Source: Parcubacteria group bacterium GW2011_GWA1_56_13
GTDB taxonomy: Bacteria > Patescibacteriota > Minisyncoccia > Phycocordibacterales > Phycocordibacteraceae
Direction: 5' to 3'
DNA length: 64,000 bases
Assembly (NCBI GenBank): GCA_001004905.1
Contig: LCRY01000002.1
Location: 378,129 to 442,128 of the forward strand
A program made the position numbers and the translations under genes. Under the pieces are notes generated by a model. That model was given only the letters and a program-made list of their open reading frames with translations, was not told where the DNA came from and did no database searches. Below are positions 56,384 through 64,000 of this stretch, in pieces (position 1 is the stretch's first letter; each line of letters opens with the position of its first letter).

Positions 56384-57679
56384 ATGTGGTTACTTAGTGC
56401 ATTTACGATCTTTGAAAATCTGCCTATAGGAATATTGGCTAAGAACACATTCACCGAGTCGGTCATCCTCATGAGTCGCGAAGCAAAAGAAGAACTCGAT
56501 GCATGGCTAATGGATCCTTTCGGAACAGACCTTCCGAAATGCTTCAATGATTTTGTCCAGAACGGTTTTCTCGTTATGGACGATGATCTGAAAGAATGGC
56601 ATGACCTGCTCCTGATGAAGAGGAATAATGAGGCGCATGTCTTCACTCTTCATTTCGAGCCGACGATCCAATGCCAACTAGCCTGTTCATATTGCTTCGA
56701 AAACGGCTCCGATCGGAGTCAATCAATGAAACCGCTTGTTCTCGTGCGCTCTCTTGAGTGGTTTCGGCAATATGTTCACTTGCACCCAGAAATTGATTCG
56801 CTCAAATTGAAATTCTTCGGTGGTGAACCGCTACTTTGCAAAGAGATGGTGAGTCAAGCCCTCGAAGCGTATCAATCCTTGTGCCAGGAGATTGGTATCG
56901 ACTTTTGGGTCGAAATCACTACGAATGGCGAGCTGCTCGATGAACAAACGGCCGAATTGCTGTCCCATTACAATTGGCGTCGCGTGCAGATTACGCTCGA
57001 CGGTCCCGCCGATATTCACGACATCCGACGTGCCGGAAAAAAGGGGCGGCCTACATTCGCGAACATTATGCGGAATATCCAGATGTTAGTATCAACGGAT
57101 TACATTCCGGTGGTTGATATCCGGTTGACCTTCGATGAAGGCACGAGAGACCACCTCCCGCGCTTACTTGACGAGCTAGACGCTCTGAATGCGCATCCGC
57201 GCATTAAGCTCTCCCTCGGGTTCACGACGCCTTCGCTGTCCATTACGCCGGAACGGATGTCCGAGGAAGAACTCGCGGATACGGCGCTCGCCATATGGGC
57301 GTATGCAAAGCAGAAAGGGTTCGAAATCCCCGACGAGTTCGTCGCAGGACCTTTATGCGTTGCAACGGCGAAACATTCGGCGATCCTTCAGCCAGACGGG
57401 AATCTACAGAAATGCTTCTGCACGAGCGGACGCAAGGGGTTCAACATCTCAAATGTCGCCGTACAGCCGCTCACGTACACGAAAGATGCGCGGTTCGAGC
57501 AATGGAAGCGCACCGAGCAGTGCATTAAGGAGCGCTGCGCCTACTTACCAGTCTGCGGCGGCGGATGCACCTTTGATGCGATCGTGAAGCATGGCGAACA
57601 CGGAGGCGGCAATCGCTTCTGTCAGAAAATTCTCCTCGACCGAATGAACAGGGGGTTGCTCCGGCTCATGTATTCCTAA
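56384..57679 (+). CDS. radical SAM/SPASM-domain peptide-modifying enzyme with N-terminal RRE-like extension
   Basis: AAGGAG SD. CQLACSYC (Cx3Cx2C) radical-SAM cluster, C-terminal SPASM cysteines (CFCTSG...CIKERCAYLPVCGGGC...FC), ~95-aa N-terminal extension. ~47% GC. Confidence 0.7.
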   Translation: MWLLSAFTIFENLPIGILAKNTFTESVILMSREAKEELDAWLMDPFGTDLPKCFNDFVQNGFLVMDDDLKEWHDLLLMKRNNEAHVFTLHFEPTIQCQLACSYCFENGSDRSQSMKPLVLVRSLEWFRQYVHLHPEIDSLKLKFFGGEPLLCKEMVSQALEAYQSLCQEIGIDFWVEITTNGELLDEQTAELLSHYNWRRVQITLDGPADIHDIRRAGKKGRPTFANIMRNIQMLVSTDYIPVVDIRLTFDEGTRDHLPRLLDELDALNAHPRIKLSLGFTTPSLSITPERMSEEELADTALAIWAYAKQKGFEIPDEFVAGPLCVATAKHSAILQPDGNLQKCFCTSGRKGFNISNVAVQPLTYTKDARFEQWKRTEQCIKERCAYLPVCGGGCTFDAIVKHGEHGGGNRFCQKILLDRMNRGLLRLMYS

Positions 57680-57747
57680 ACTAGGCTTTGGATCTACGGC
57701 TGCATGCATCACATGCAGTCGTTCTTTTCTTATAGTAGAGTTCCGGT

Positions 57748-58506
57748 ATGTACGAACAACATCTCCCTGGGTACACTACCGCATTCAACGGCTTCCCTTG
57801 GTTAACTCGGGATTCGGGACATTATCATTTTCATTATGCTGCGAATAGCCTTGCGGAAAGAGAAATAGATTATATTGAAAAAACCCAGGAGAGCGCGTTC
57901 CGAAACATTCTCGCGTTTCTCCAAATTGAACCGCCGGAAAAGAAAATTCATTACTATTTCTATCCGGACGAAGACATGAAAGAAAAATTGATGGGTAGCC
58001 GATGGTTCGCTCAGTCCATCTATAATGATTTTTCCATTCATGCGCTTTATACCCAGAAAAATCGCGTGATAGGCCCGCATGAGGACGCGCACCTCCTTTC
58101 ATTGCCGCTCGGCCTTTCAATAGGATTTTTGCAGGAAGGGCTTGCCGAAAGAATGGTCGGCGCCGACTGGTTCGGACATCCGTTTATTGAAACGGTCCGG
58201 AGCGCTATAGCCGACGAGCATTTTAATGTGTCCGCCGAGCTGCTGACATCTCATGAGGCGTGGCTCGCTACGGATGATGGGTATGCGAGACAGTATTATG
58301 CGCTCGCGGCGCTATTTGTTACGTATCTTATCGATACGTGCGGGAAGCAGCTGTTTTTGAAACTGTATTCTTCGCTCAGCCGCACCGCCAATCCTGAAGA
58401 AAATGCCGCCAAGTACCAGGAAATCTTCGGAATCGTTCCGTCCGAATTATTCTCTCGCTTTATCAAGAAATACGGTCTCAAAATCACGCGGGCAACTCGA
58501 CGATGA
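57748..58506 (+). CDS. hypothetical protein with HExxH motif (candidate metallopeptidase), ~45% GC
   Basis: GPHEDAHLLSLP contains HEDAH. No other recognisable family. Confidence 0.4.
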   Translation: MYEQHLPGYTTAFNGFPWLTRDSGHYHFHYAANSLAEREIDYIEKTQESAFRNILAFLQIEPPEKKIHYYFYPDEDMKEKLMGSRWFAQSIYNDFSIHALYTQKNRVIGPHEDAHLLSLPLGLSIGFLQEGLAERMVGADWFGHPFIETVRSAIADEHFNVSAELLTSHEAWLATDDGYARQYYALAALFVTYLIDTCGKQLFLKLYSSLSRTANPEENAAKYQEIFGIVPSELFSRFIKKYGLKITRATRR

Positions 58507-60262
58507 ACGTAGAGCCCGTCCCTTGCCCTTCGGATTCGGCCCGGATGGTGCCGCCGTGCGCTTCGACGATCTGCTTCGCGATGTAGAGGCCGTAGCCGGT
58601 TGAGTGCGCATTCACTCGCTGTGAATCCCTGCCGTGGCCGCCTTCGGTGAAGAGCCGCTTCTTGTCCTCCTCGGTGATGCCGACGCCCGTGTCTTTGACG
58701 GAGAAAATGACTTTGTTCCCCGCCCCGAGCGTAGTCGAGGGGGCCTTCTTCAGGAAGATATCCACCGAACCGGACGGCGTGTAATTGACGGCGTTCTCGA
58801 CGAGGTTCCGGAATACATGATCGGCAAGCTGCCCCGCATCTGCCGTGATTGAGTACGGGCGATCCTGGCTGTCTACGGTCAAAGAAAGGGTAAGGCCCTT
58901 CCCTTCGGCTGCGGGGCGGGTTTTTTTCACGACTTCGGCAATGAGCTTCTCAAGATCGACTGCCGCGACTTGGAGCGCCAAGGTTCCCCGTTTCAGATTC
59001 GCTGCCGCAAGAATGTCGGTCACGACGCGTACGGCAGTGCGGGTTTCGAGGAGCGCATTCTCGGCGAGTGCCGTCGCGGCTCCAGGAAGCGTCCCCCCAT
59101 CGCCCTCGGCAAGGGCAGCGAATGTACTTTGGTCTTTGGCGAGGAACCCCTTCACTTCATGGCCGATGAAATGGATGAGTTTTTCTTGCCGTGCATTGCT
59201 GTCCTCGAGCTCTTCGGCGAGCTTTTGGATGCTGTGGCGCTGGGACACTTCTCGAAGCGCGCCCTGCTGGAAGAGGTAGCCAAAAGCCGCGGCGAGAAGG
59301 AGCGTTATGCCGATGAGAAAACGTCCCGTCCCTGAATCTGTAAGGAGGAATAGGGAGGAAATGATGAGCAGGATGAGATAGAGGAGTACCTGCACCCCGA
59401 AGGATTCCATCTTGAAGAGCTCCAAATTGGAGATGGCGTATACGAGAACGATGATAAAGATGGGAAGCGCAAGCAATCCGTACAAGAGGATCTCGTAGTG
59501 CGCGGTGAGCGAAGCGAAGAACGAGCTGAGCGCAAAAATCGACAAGAAAAGAAACAAGGAAGCCGTCATCGCATGGAAGGGCTTTTTCGGGATCGTGGCC
59601 TGCGGCAAGAGCATCCAGCTGTAGGTGATGAGCGTCAGTACGACGGCCTCCGCGCCGAGACGATACACCGCGAGGTATCCCTCCTGAAGCGGATTGCAGA
59701 GCGTACGAAGCGTCTCAAGCGTGAAGCCACCTTGAAAAACGAGACCGATCGGCACAAGAAGGATAGCGAGAAGGAGGAACCGGATCCAGAATGGCGGGCG
59801 GCCGCTAAACGAAAAGAGCGCCACAAAGTAGGCCGCCAGGACAAAAAAGGCGATCTCAAGAAACCCGAGCACCAGACGTACAGCGTGGAGCAGGAGCGGG
59901 TTTTCAGAAACGAGCGTTATGAGATTTCCCGAAAGCCAGAGTGAGAACGCGAGCACGAAGAGCGAGAATATCTTCTTCACTTTCCTCTCATGCGAAGAGG
60001 CGAACACAAAACCCGCAATGACGACGAGTACGGCGATGGGCACCAGGTGCGCGTAGTAAGCGAGCGCGATGAAGCCAGAACTGCCTGCGTAGGGTGTGAT
60101 CGCACACGCGCTCGGCAGTATTTTCCCCGCATAAAGGTAGACGCTAAGGACAGGCGCTGCAAGGACCGTAAGAAACAGAACAAAGAGGACGAAAAAATCC
60201 ACTGCACGATCAAACCCCAAGCGAACCTTTTCTATCCGAGCGTTCAAGGACGCGATATTCAC
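58484..60262 (-). CDS. sensor histidine kinase with ~10-TM sensing domain
   Basis: Polytopic N-terminus, HisKA (IHFIGHEVKGF), HATPase_c (NLVENAVNYT, DTGVGI, GYGLYIAKQIVEAHGG). Confidence 0.7.
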   Translation of the reverse strand: MNIASLNARIEKVRLGFDRAVDFFVLFVLFLTVLAAPVLSVYLYAGKILPSACAITPYAGSSGFIALAYYAHLVPIAVLVVIAGFVFASSHERKVKKIFSLFVLAFSLWLSGNLITLVSENPLLLHAVRLVLGFLEIAFFVLAAYFVALFSFSGRPPFWIRFLLLAILLVPIGLVFQGGFTLETLRTLCNPLQEGYLAVYRLGAEAVVLTLITYSWMLLPQATIPKKPFHAMTASLFLFLSIFALSSFFASLTAHYEILLYGLLALPIFIIVLVYAISNLELFKMESFGVQVLLYLILLIISSLFLLTDSGTGRFLIGITLLLAAAFGYLFQQGALREVSQRHSIQKLAEELEDSNARQEKLIHFIGHEVKGFLAKDQSTFAALAEGDGGTLPGAATALAENALLETRTAVRVVTDILAAANLKRGTLALQVAAVDLEKLIAEVVKKTRPAAEGKGLTLSLTVDSQDRPYSITADAGQLADHVFRNLVENAVNYTPSGSVDIFLKKAPSTTLGAGNKVIFSVKDTGVGITEEDKKRLFTEGGHGRDSQRVNAHSTGYGLYIAKQIVEAHGGTIRAESEGQGTGSTFIVELPA

Positions 60263-60268
60263 GAATAA

Positions 60269-61897
60269 TTATGTCGGGAGCTCCACGATAAAGGTCGAAC
60301 CCTTCCCTTCTCCTTCGCTTTCGGCGCGGATGGTGCCGCCGTGGGCTTCGACTATCTGTTTGGCGATGTAGAGGCCGTAGCCGGTCGAGTGCGCGTTTAT
60401 TCTCTGCGAATCCCTTCCGTGGCCGCCTTCGGTGAAGAGCCGTTTCTTGTCTTCCTCGGTGATGCCGACGCCCGTGTCTTTGACGGAGAAAATGACTTTT
60501 CCGCTCTCCTTCTTCAGGAAGATATCCACCGAACCGGAGGGGGTGTAATTGACGGCGTTGTCGATGAGGTTGCGCAATACGTGCTCGCTGAGGTTGTCTT
60601 TATCGGCGCTGACCATGTAGGGCGCGCCGGCGGGGTCAGTCATGATATTGAGAGAAAGATGCTTCGCTTCGGCCGCGGGCTTCGCCCTCTGCACAGCGAC
60701 CGCGACCAGCGTCGCGAGGTCAACCGGCTCCTTGGTGTAGGTGACCGTCCCCTTCTTCAGGTTCGACGCCTTGAGGATATTCGACACCGAATCGACGCCC
60801 ACGCGCGATTCAGCAAGCGCGTGGTCCACGAACGGCTTCATGCCGTCCGGCGGCGCGCCGAAGTCGCCCTGCGAAATGGCGGCGAAGGCGCTCATGTCCT
60901 TGGTCAAAAATCCTTTCACCTCATGCCCGATGAAGTGGATGAGCGTTTCCTGCCGCTCATTGGTCTGGGCGAGTTCTCCGGCGAGTTTCTCAATATGTTC
61001 GCGCTGCGCGATTTCTCGTTTCACACTTCGAACAAGGAAAACCCCACTTATCAAGAAGCCAACCAGGGTCACTACGGACAAAATAGTACCGGCCGTCGTC
61101 GTGCTATAGAAGAGTCGTGCGGCAATAAGCACCGCGATGCTCGCGACAAGTGCCTGGGTGGCAAACAATTTAACATTGAACGTTTTAAACCTAACGACAG
61201 TGTACGTCAGGAATGCGATAAACACCGGCATACCGAAGAGTCCGGCCTGCGCTGTATCCCAATCCTCCGTCAAGCTCCCAACAATATTCCCAGAAGAAAA
61301 CGCGATGAGGAATATGATGAGGCCGGTCGTGAAGAGTATGATCTCCTTTTTCCGCGCTGGTTGGCGGCTAATGCCCCAGAAACTCGTAAAGAGAATGAGA
61401 AAACTCAACAGTATCTCGATAGCATATGTGGACAGGAAATTCAGTGCGGGTGTCTCAGAAATAACACAGGTAGAAAGGTCAACACCAGTAAACAAATAGG
61501 ATGTCGGGAGCAGTATCGTTATCGGGAGAAGCAAAATAACGAGACCGACCTTGGAAAGAAAATCTAGGTCTTTTTTCGCGATAAACACGTAAGCGAAATA
61601 GAGGGCCGACACGTAGACGAACACTTCCGATAAGACCTGCATGCTCCAAAGGAACAAATCTATGTCCGGTCGATTGAGTGCCCAGAGGGGCAAATCAATG
61701 AGCGTCCATGTGGTGAAAAAAAAGATCGTTACAAGGAATAGCTTAACGGCAAGCGATTCGCGAGCTCGCGGGATGAGGATAAGGGCGAAAACAACCGCCG
61801 CCAATACCGCGGTAAGGTGAGAATAGTACAGAAGTGGCGGAACGTTGCTTGAAAAAATGAAATATTGAGCTGGTTCCCACGGACAGAGTAGTTCCAT
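60269..61897 (-). CDS. sensor histidine kinase, tandem paralog of 58484..60262
   Basis: Same architecture. The C-terminal ~200 codons are ~90% identical at DNA level to the neighbour. Confidence 0.7.
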   Translation of the reverse strand: MELLCPWEPAQYFIFSSNVPPLLYYSHLTAVLAAVVFALILIPRARESLAVKLFLVTIFFFTTWTLIDLPLWALNRPDIDLFLWSMQVLSEVFVYVSALYFAYVFIAKKDLDFLSKVGLVILLLPITILLPTSYLFTGVDLSTCVISETPALNFLSTYAIEILLSFLILFTSFWGISRQPARKKEIILFTTGLIIFLIAFSSGNIVGSLTEDWDTAQAGLFGMPVFIAFLTYTVVRFKTFNVKLFATQALVASIAVLIAARLFYSTTTAGTILSVVTLVGFLISGVFLVRSVKREIAQREHIEKLAGELAQTNERQETLIHFIGHEVKGFLTKDMSAFAAISQGDFGAPPDGMKPFVDHALAESRVGVDSVSNILKASNLKKGTVTYTKEPVDLATLVAVAVQRAKPAAEAKHLSLNIMTDPAGAPYMVSADKDNLSEHVLRNLIDNAVNYTPSGSVDIFLKKESGKVIFSVKDTGVGITEEDKKRLFTEGGHGRDSQRINAHSTGYGLYIAKQIVEAHGGTIRAESEGEGKGSTFIVELPT

Positions 61898-61906
61898 ATC
61901 TTTTTT

Positions 61907-61945
61907 ATAATAACACCAGAATATGCCCGCATGGGGTGTTATTAT
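61907..61945. promoter_or_regulatory. 11-bp inverted repeat ataataacacc-N17-ggtgttattat in a divergent intergenic region
   Basis: Seen directly between the HK start (61897, -) and the DHS-like gene (62017, +). Confidence 0.3.
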
Positions 61946-62016
61946 AGGGCTTGTGTATTATCGTGATTTTAGGATTCTTTTCTGTCACAAAAGTCTAACC
62001 TACGCATCTTCTATAT

Positions 62017-63117
62017 ATGGAAAAAAGTAAACTGGACAAGCTTTCGCCCGGATTAAAAAAGCTCATCGTACAGAGCAATGCCACAGCTACAGGCATCTTA
62101 AGTGATGATATTAAAAAGAGCTCCGTGCCGATTAGCAGATTTGCCGAAAGGGTACTGCTCCATTGCAACGGGGGCTCCACTATGCACGCAGCATTGTGGT
62201 TAAAAAATCATTTACATAATGGCGGGAAATTGGTAGTTACCTTGGCGGGTGCCTTGAGCTCTTTTGAGGTCGGCGTGCTGCTTGCTGAACTTATCCGGAA
62301 AAATAAGGTACATCTGATATCCGCAACCGCAGCTAACCACGAAGAGTCCTATTACCGCTATGTTGCTCATTCACACTATGCCAACATCCCGCGCTATACC
62401 GAACTAACCCCTGAACAAGAATCTGAATTGCGAGATGCCGGTTTCCGCAGGATTACTGATACATTCCTGCCCGAAGAGGAGAGCGTACGCATTATGGAAC
62501 CCCACTTAGTCAAGATGTGGCAAGATGCACACAAAAAAAATGAGCGGTACTTCCCGCATGAATATTTCCGAAGGCTATTTCAGGAAAAGATGGTAAAACC
62601 GGACCCTCATACCAACCCCAGTGACAGTTGGGTCTACGCAGCATTTGAAAAAGACATCCCGATTATTATTCCTGGGTTTGAGGATTCTACGATGGGGAAT
62701 ATATTTGCAAGCTATACATACAACGGCCTGCACAAGAATGAGAAAGATATTGTAATAGACGGTAACGTTATGAAGAGCGGTGTAGAATATTTTCATCTCA
62801 TGTACGACTGGTACATGAAAGAAAGTAAAAAAACTCCTATCGCTTTCCTACAATTGGGTGGAGGTATTGCCGCGGATTTCCCCATTTGTGTGGTACCTTC
62901 TCTGAAACACGATTTTAAACTCCACGGTACTGTCAGAGATTGGGCAGGTTTTATTGAGATCGGTTCTTCTCCGATGTCATACGGCTCCTATTCCGGTGCC
63001 GGAGGTAAAGAAAAAATAACCTGGGATAAACTCTCACCAGAAAGCTATTACCAAATTATCCAAAGCGATGTAACAGTGGCTTTCCCGTGGATCGCAGCGG
63101 TGCTTCTTGATTTCTAA
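62017..63117 (+). CDS. deoxyhypusine-synthase-like protein (polyamine aminobutyl transferase family), ~42% GC
   Basis: 366 aa with DHS-like Rossmann segments (LVVTLAGALSS, HLISATAANHEESYY, LGGGIAADF). Assignment from family resemblance only. Confidence 0.45.
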   Translation: MEKSKLDKLSPGLKKLIVQSNATATGILSDDIKKSSVPISRFAERVLLHCNGGSTMHAALWLKNHLHNGGKLVVTLAGALSSFEVGVLLAELIRKNKVHLISATAANHEESYYRYVAHSHYANIPRYTELTPEQESELRDAGFRRITDTFLPEEESVRIMEPHLVKMWQDAHKKNERYFPHEYFRRLFQEKMVKPDPHTNPSDSWVYAAFEKDIPIIIPGFEDSTMGNIFASYTYNGLHKNEKDIVIDGNVMKSGVEYFHLMYDWYMKESKKTPIAFLQLGGGIAADFPICVVPSLKHDFKLHGTVRDWAGFIEIGSSPMSYGSYSGAGGKEKITWDKLSPESYYQIIQSDVTVAFPWIAAVLLDF

Positions 63118-63133
63118 CTAAATTAATCTTCTT

Positions 63134-63310
63134 CTAGAGCGTCTCTTCGTCGACTGGCGCCTCGTCCGTCGGCATCTCATCAGCCGATGCCTCAAACGTC
63201 TCCTCCTTGTATACTTCAAAATCCTTCCGTACAACAGCACGGTCGTAGGTGAGATAGAGCGATGTTGCAATAGCTACAGCGAGGAGAATGAACAAGATTT
63301 TTGTTTTCAT
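63134..63310 (-). CDS. 58-aa signal-peptide protein with acidic tail
   Basis: MKTKILFILLAVAIATSLYLTY... Not in the ORF track (<60 aa). Start abuts the speH stop. Confidence 0.35.
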   Translation of the reverse strand: MKTKILFILLAVAIATSLYLTYDRAVVRKDFEVYKEETFEASADEMPTDEAPVDEETL

Positions 63311-63708
63311 GGAACAAGATTTTTTGTCGGGTAATGCGTACCCCGTTTGATAAAGTGTTGTTCTATGTCCTGGAGTTTGAATTTTTTCTTGAAATAATTT
63401 GTAACGAACTCCACATCAATGCCATTTTGGCACGTGTATACGTCAGCTGACAGAAATCGGCGTTTCGGAAATGTATGAATGCTTATGTGGCTTTCGGCAA
63501 TCATAACGAAACCGCTCCATCCGCCCGGGTCCTTGATATGATTGTCGGGGGCAGATATGATAAGCGGCTTCATGAGTGGGCGCATGTGGAGTGAATCACA
63601 CATCTCTATAAGCGCCGAGTACACAGCCTCCTCGTCATTCAGACGTTCCGGGTCTCCGCCGTAACCGTCCACGGTAACGTGCTCTCCAAAGTGAGCTGCC
63701 ATAGGCAT
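63307..63708 (-). CDS. speH: S-adenosylmethionine decarboxylase proenzyme (class 1b, SpeH)
   Basis: AESHISIHTFP self-processing motif. Confidence 0.75.
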   Translation of the reverse strand: MPMAAHFGEHVTVDGYGGDPERLNDEEAVYSALIEMCDSLHMRPLMKPLIISAPDNHIKDPGGWSGFVMIAESHISIHTFPKRRFLSADVYTCQNGIDVEFVTNYFKKKFKLQDIEQHFIKRGTHYPTKNLVP

Positions 63709-63721
63709 TTAGTATAGCAAC

Positions 63722-63763
63722 AAAAAAAACCGGCGGTAGTGCACGAGATGTGCACTACCGCCG
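63722..63763 (-). terminator. rho-independent terminator for the minus-strand gene ending at 63772
   Basis: 14-bp stem cggcggtagtgcac-gagat-gtgcactaccgccg followed by T8 on the minus strand. Confidence 0.8.
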
Positions 63764-63771
63764 ATATGAAG

Positions 63772-63996
63772 TTACTCCATCACCAGACCATATCCGAGTT
63801 CGTACAGAACGGTCCAGATCAAAGCCTGGATGGCAGTAAGGACGAGGAGTACGGCGATGGTCCGAGGAACCGTTCCGATTTCCTTGCGGAAGAAGGTGAC
63901 AATTTTCTCGGGCCCCGTCCAGACAATCGCCCGGACAATGATGGGCGCCATCGCCAGATAACCCGCCAATCGCGATTTCTCCTGGATGGTGTCCAT
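63772..63996 (-). CDS. small two-TM membrane protein (window edge)
   Basis: 74-aa ORF. The start coincides with the window end, so it may be truncated. Confidence 0.35.
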   Translation of the reverse strand: MDTIQEKSRLAGYLAMAPIIVRAIVWTGPEKIVTFFRKEIGTVPRTIAVLLVLTAIQALIWTVLYELGYGLVME

Positions 63997-64000
63997 CGCT

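Overview
High-GC (~60%) bacterial chromosomal segment with a compact housekeeping backbone and a long minus-strand block of surface-protein and glycosylation genes. Backbone genes include tsaD, valS, lepA, murJ, a class II RNR, recG, ftsH, smpB, typA, pyrF, pyrE-like, htpX-lemA and tatAC, plus nine tRNAs, RNase P RNA and tmRNA. The compact gene content, the small GIY-YIG ORF and the cohesin/dockerin surface proteins fit a small-genome, Patescibacteria/CPR-like organism; that placement is inference. Accessory content: (1) a low-GC RiPP-like cassette at 56.1-58.5 kb. It holds a 46-aa precursor ORF with a strong RBS that the six-frame track missed, an attenuator hairpin, a radical-SAM/SPASM enzyme with an N-terminal RRE-like extension, and an HExxH protein. 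Two tandem polytopic histidine kinases and a low-GC polyamine module (AdoMetDC plus DHS-like) follow it. (2) A GIY-YIG nuclease ORF that appears to sit inside the P3 helix of the RNase P RNA. (3) A ~15-kb minus-strand locus at 23.8-39.1 kb. It encodes two cohesin-domain proteins, a dockerin/FN3 protein, an Ig-like Thr-rich protein and a 907-aa Ser/Pro tandem-repeat protein. A mosaic-GC run of GT2 glycosyltransferases and SAM methyltransferases follows, which suggests a glycosylated surface-attachment apparatus. (4) A ~0.75-kb AT-rich foreign gene fused onto the 3' end of valS. (5) tRNA-Ile with a UAU anticodon. (6) Several short partial duplications (typA 5' end, tatA 5' end, a tRNA-Gly 5' half, tRNA-Ser 3' fragments, a 28-bp recG 3' end repeat) that look like integration or recombination scars. 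No CRISPR array, integrase or transposase was seen.
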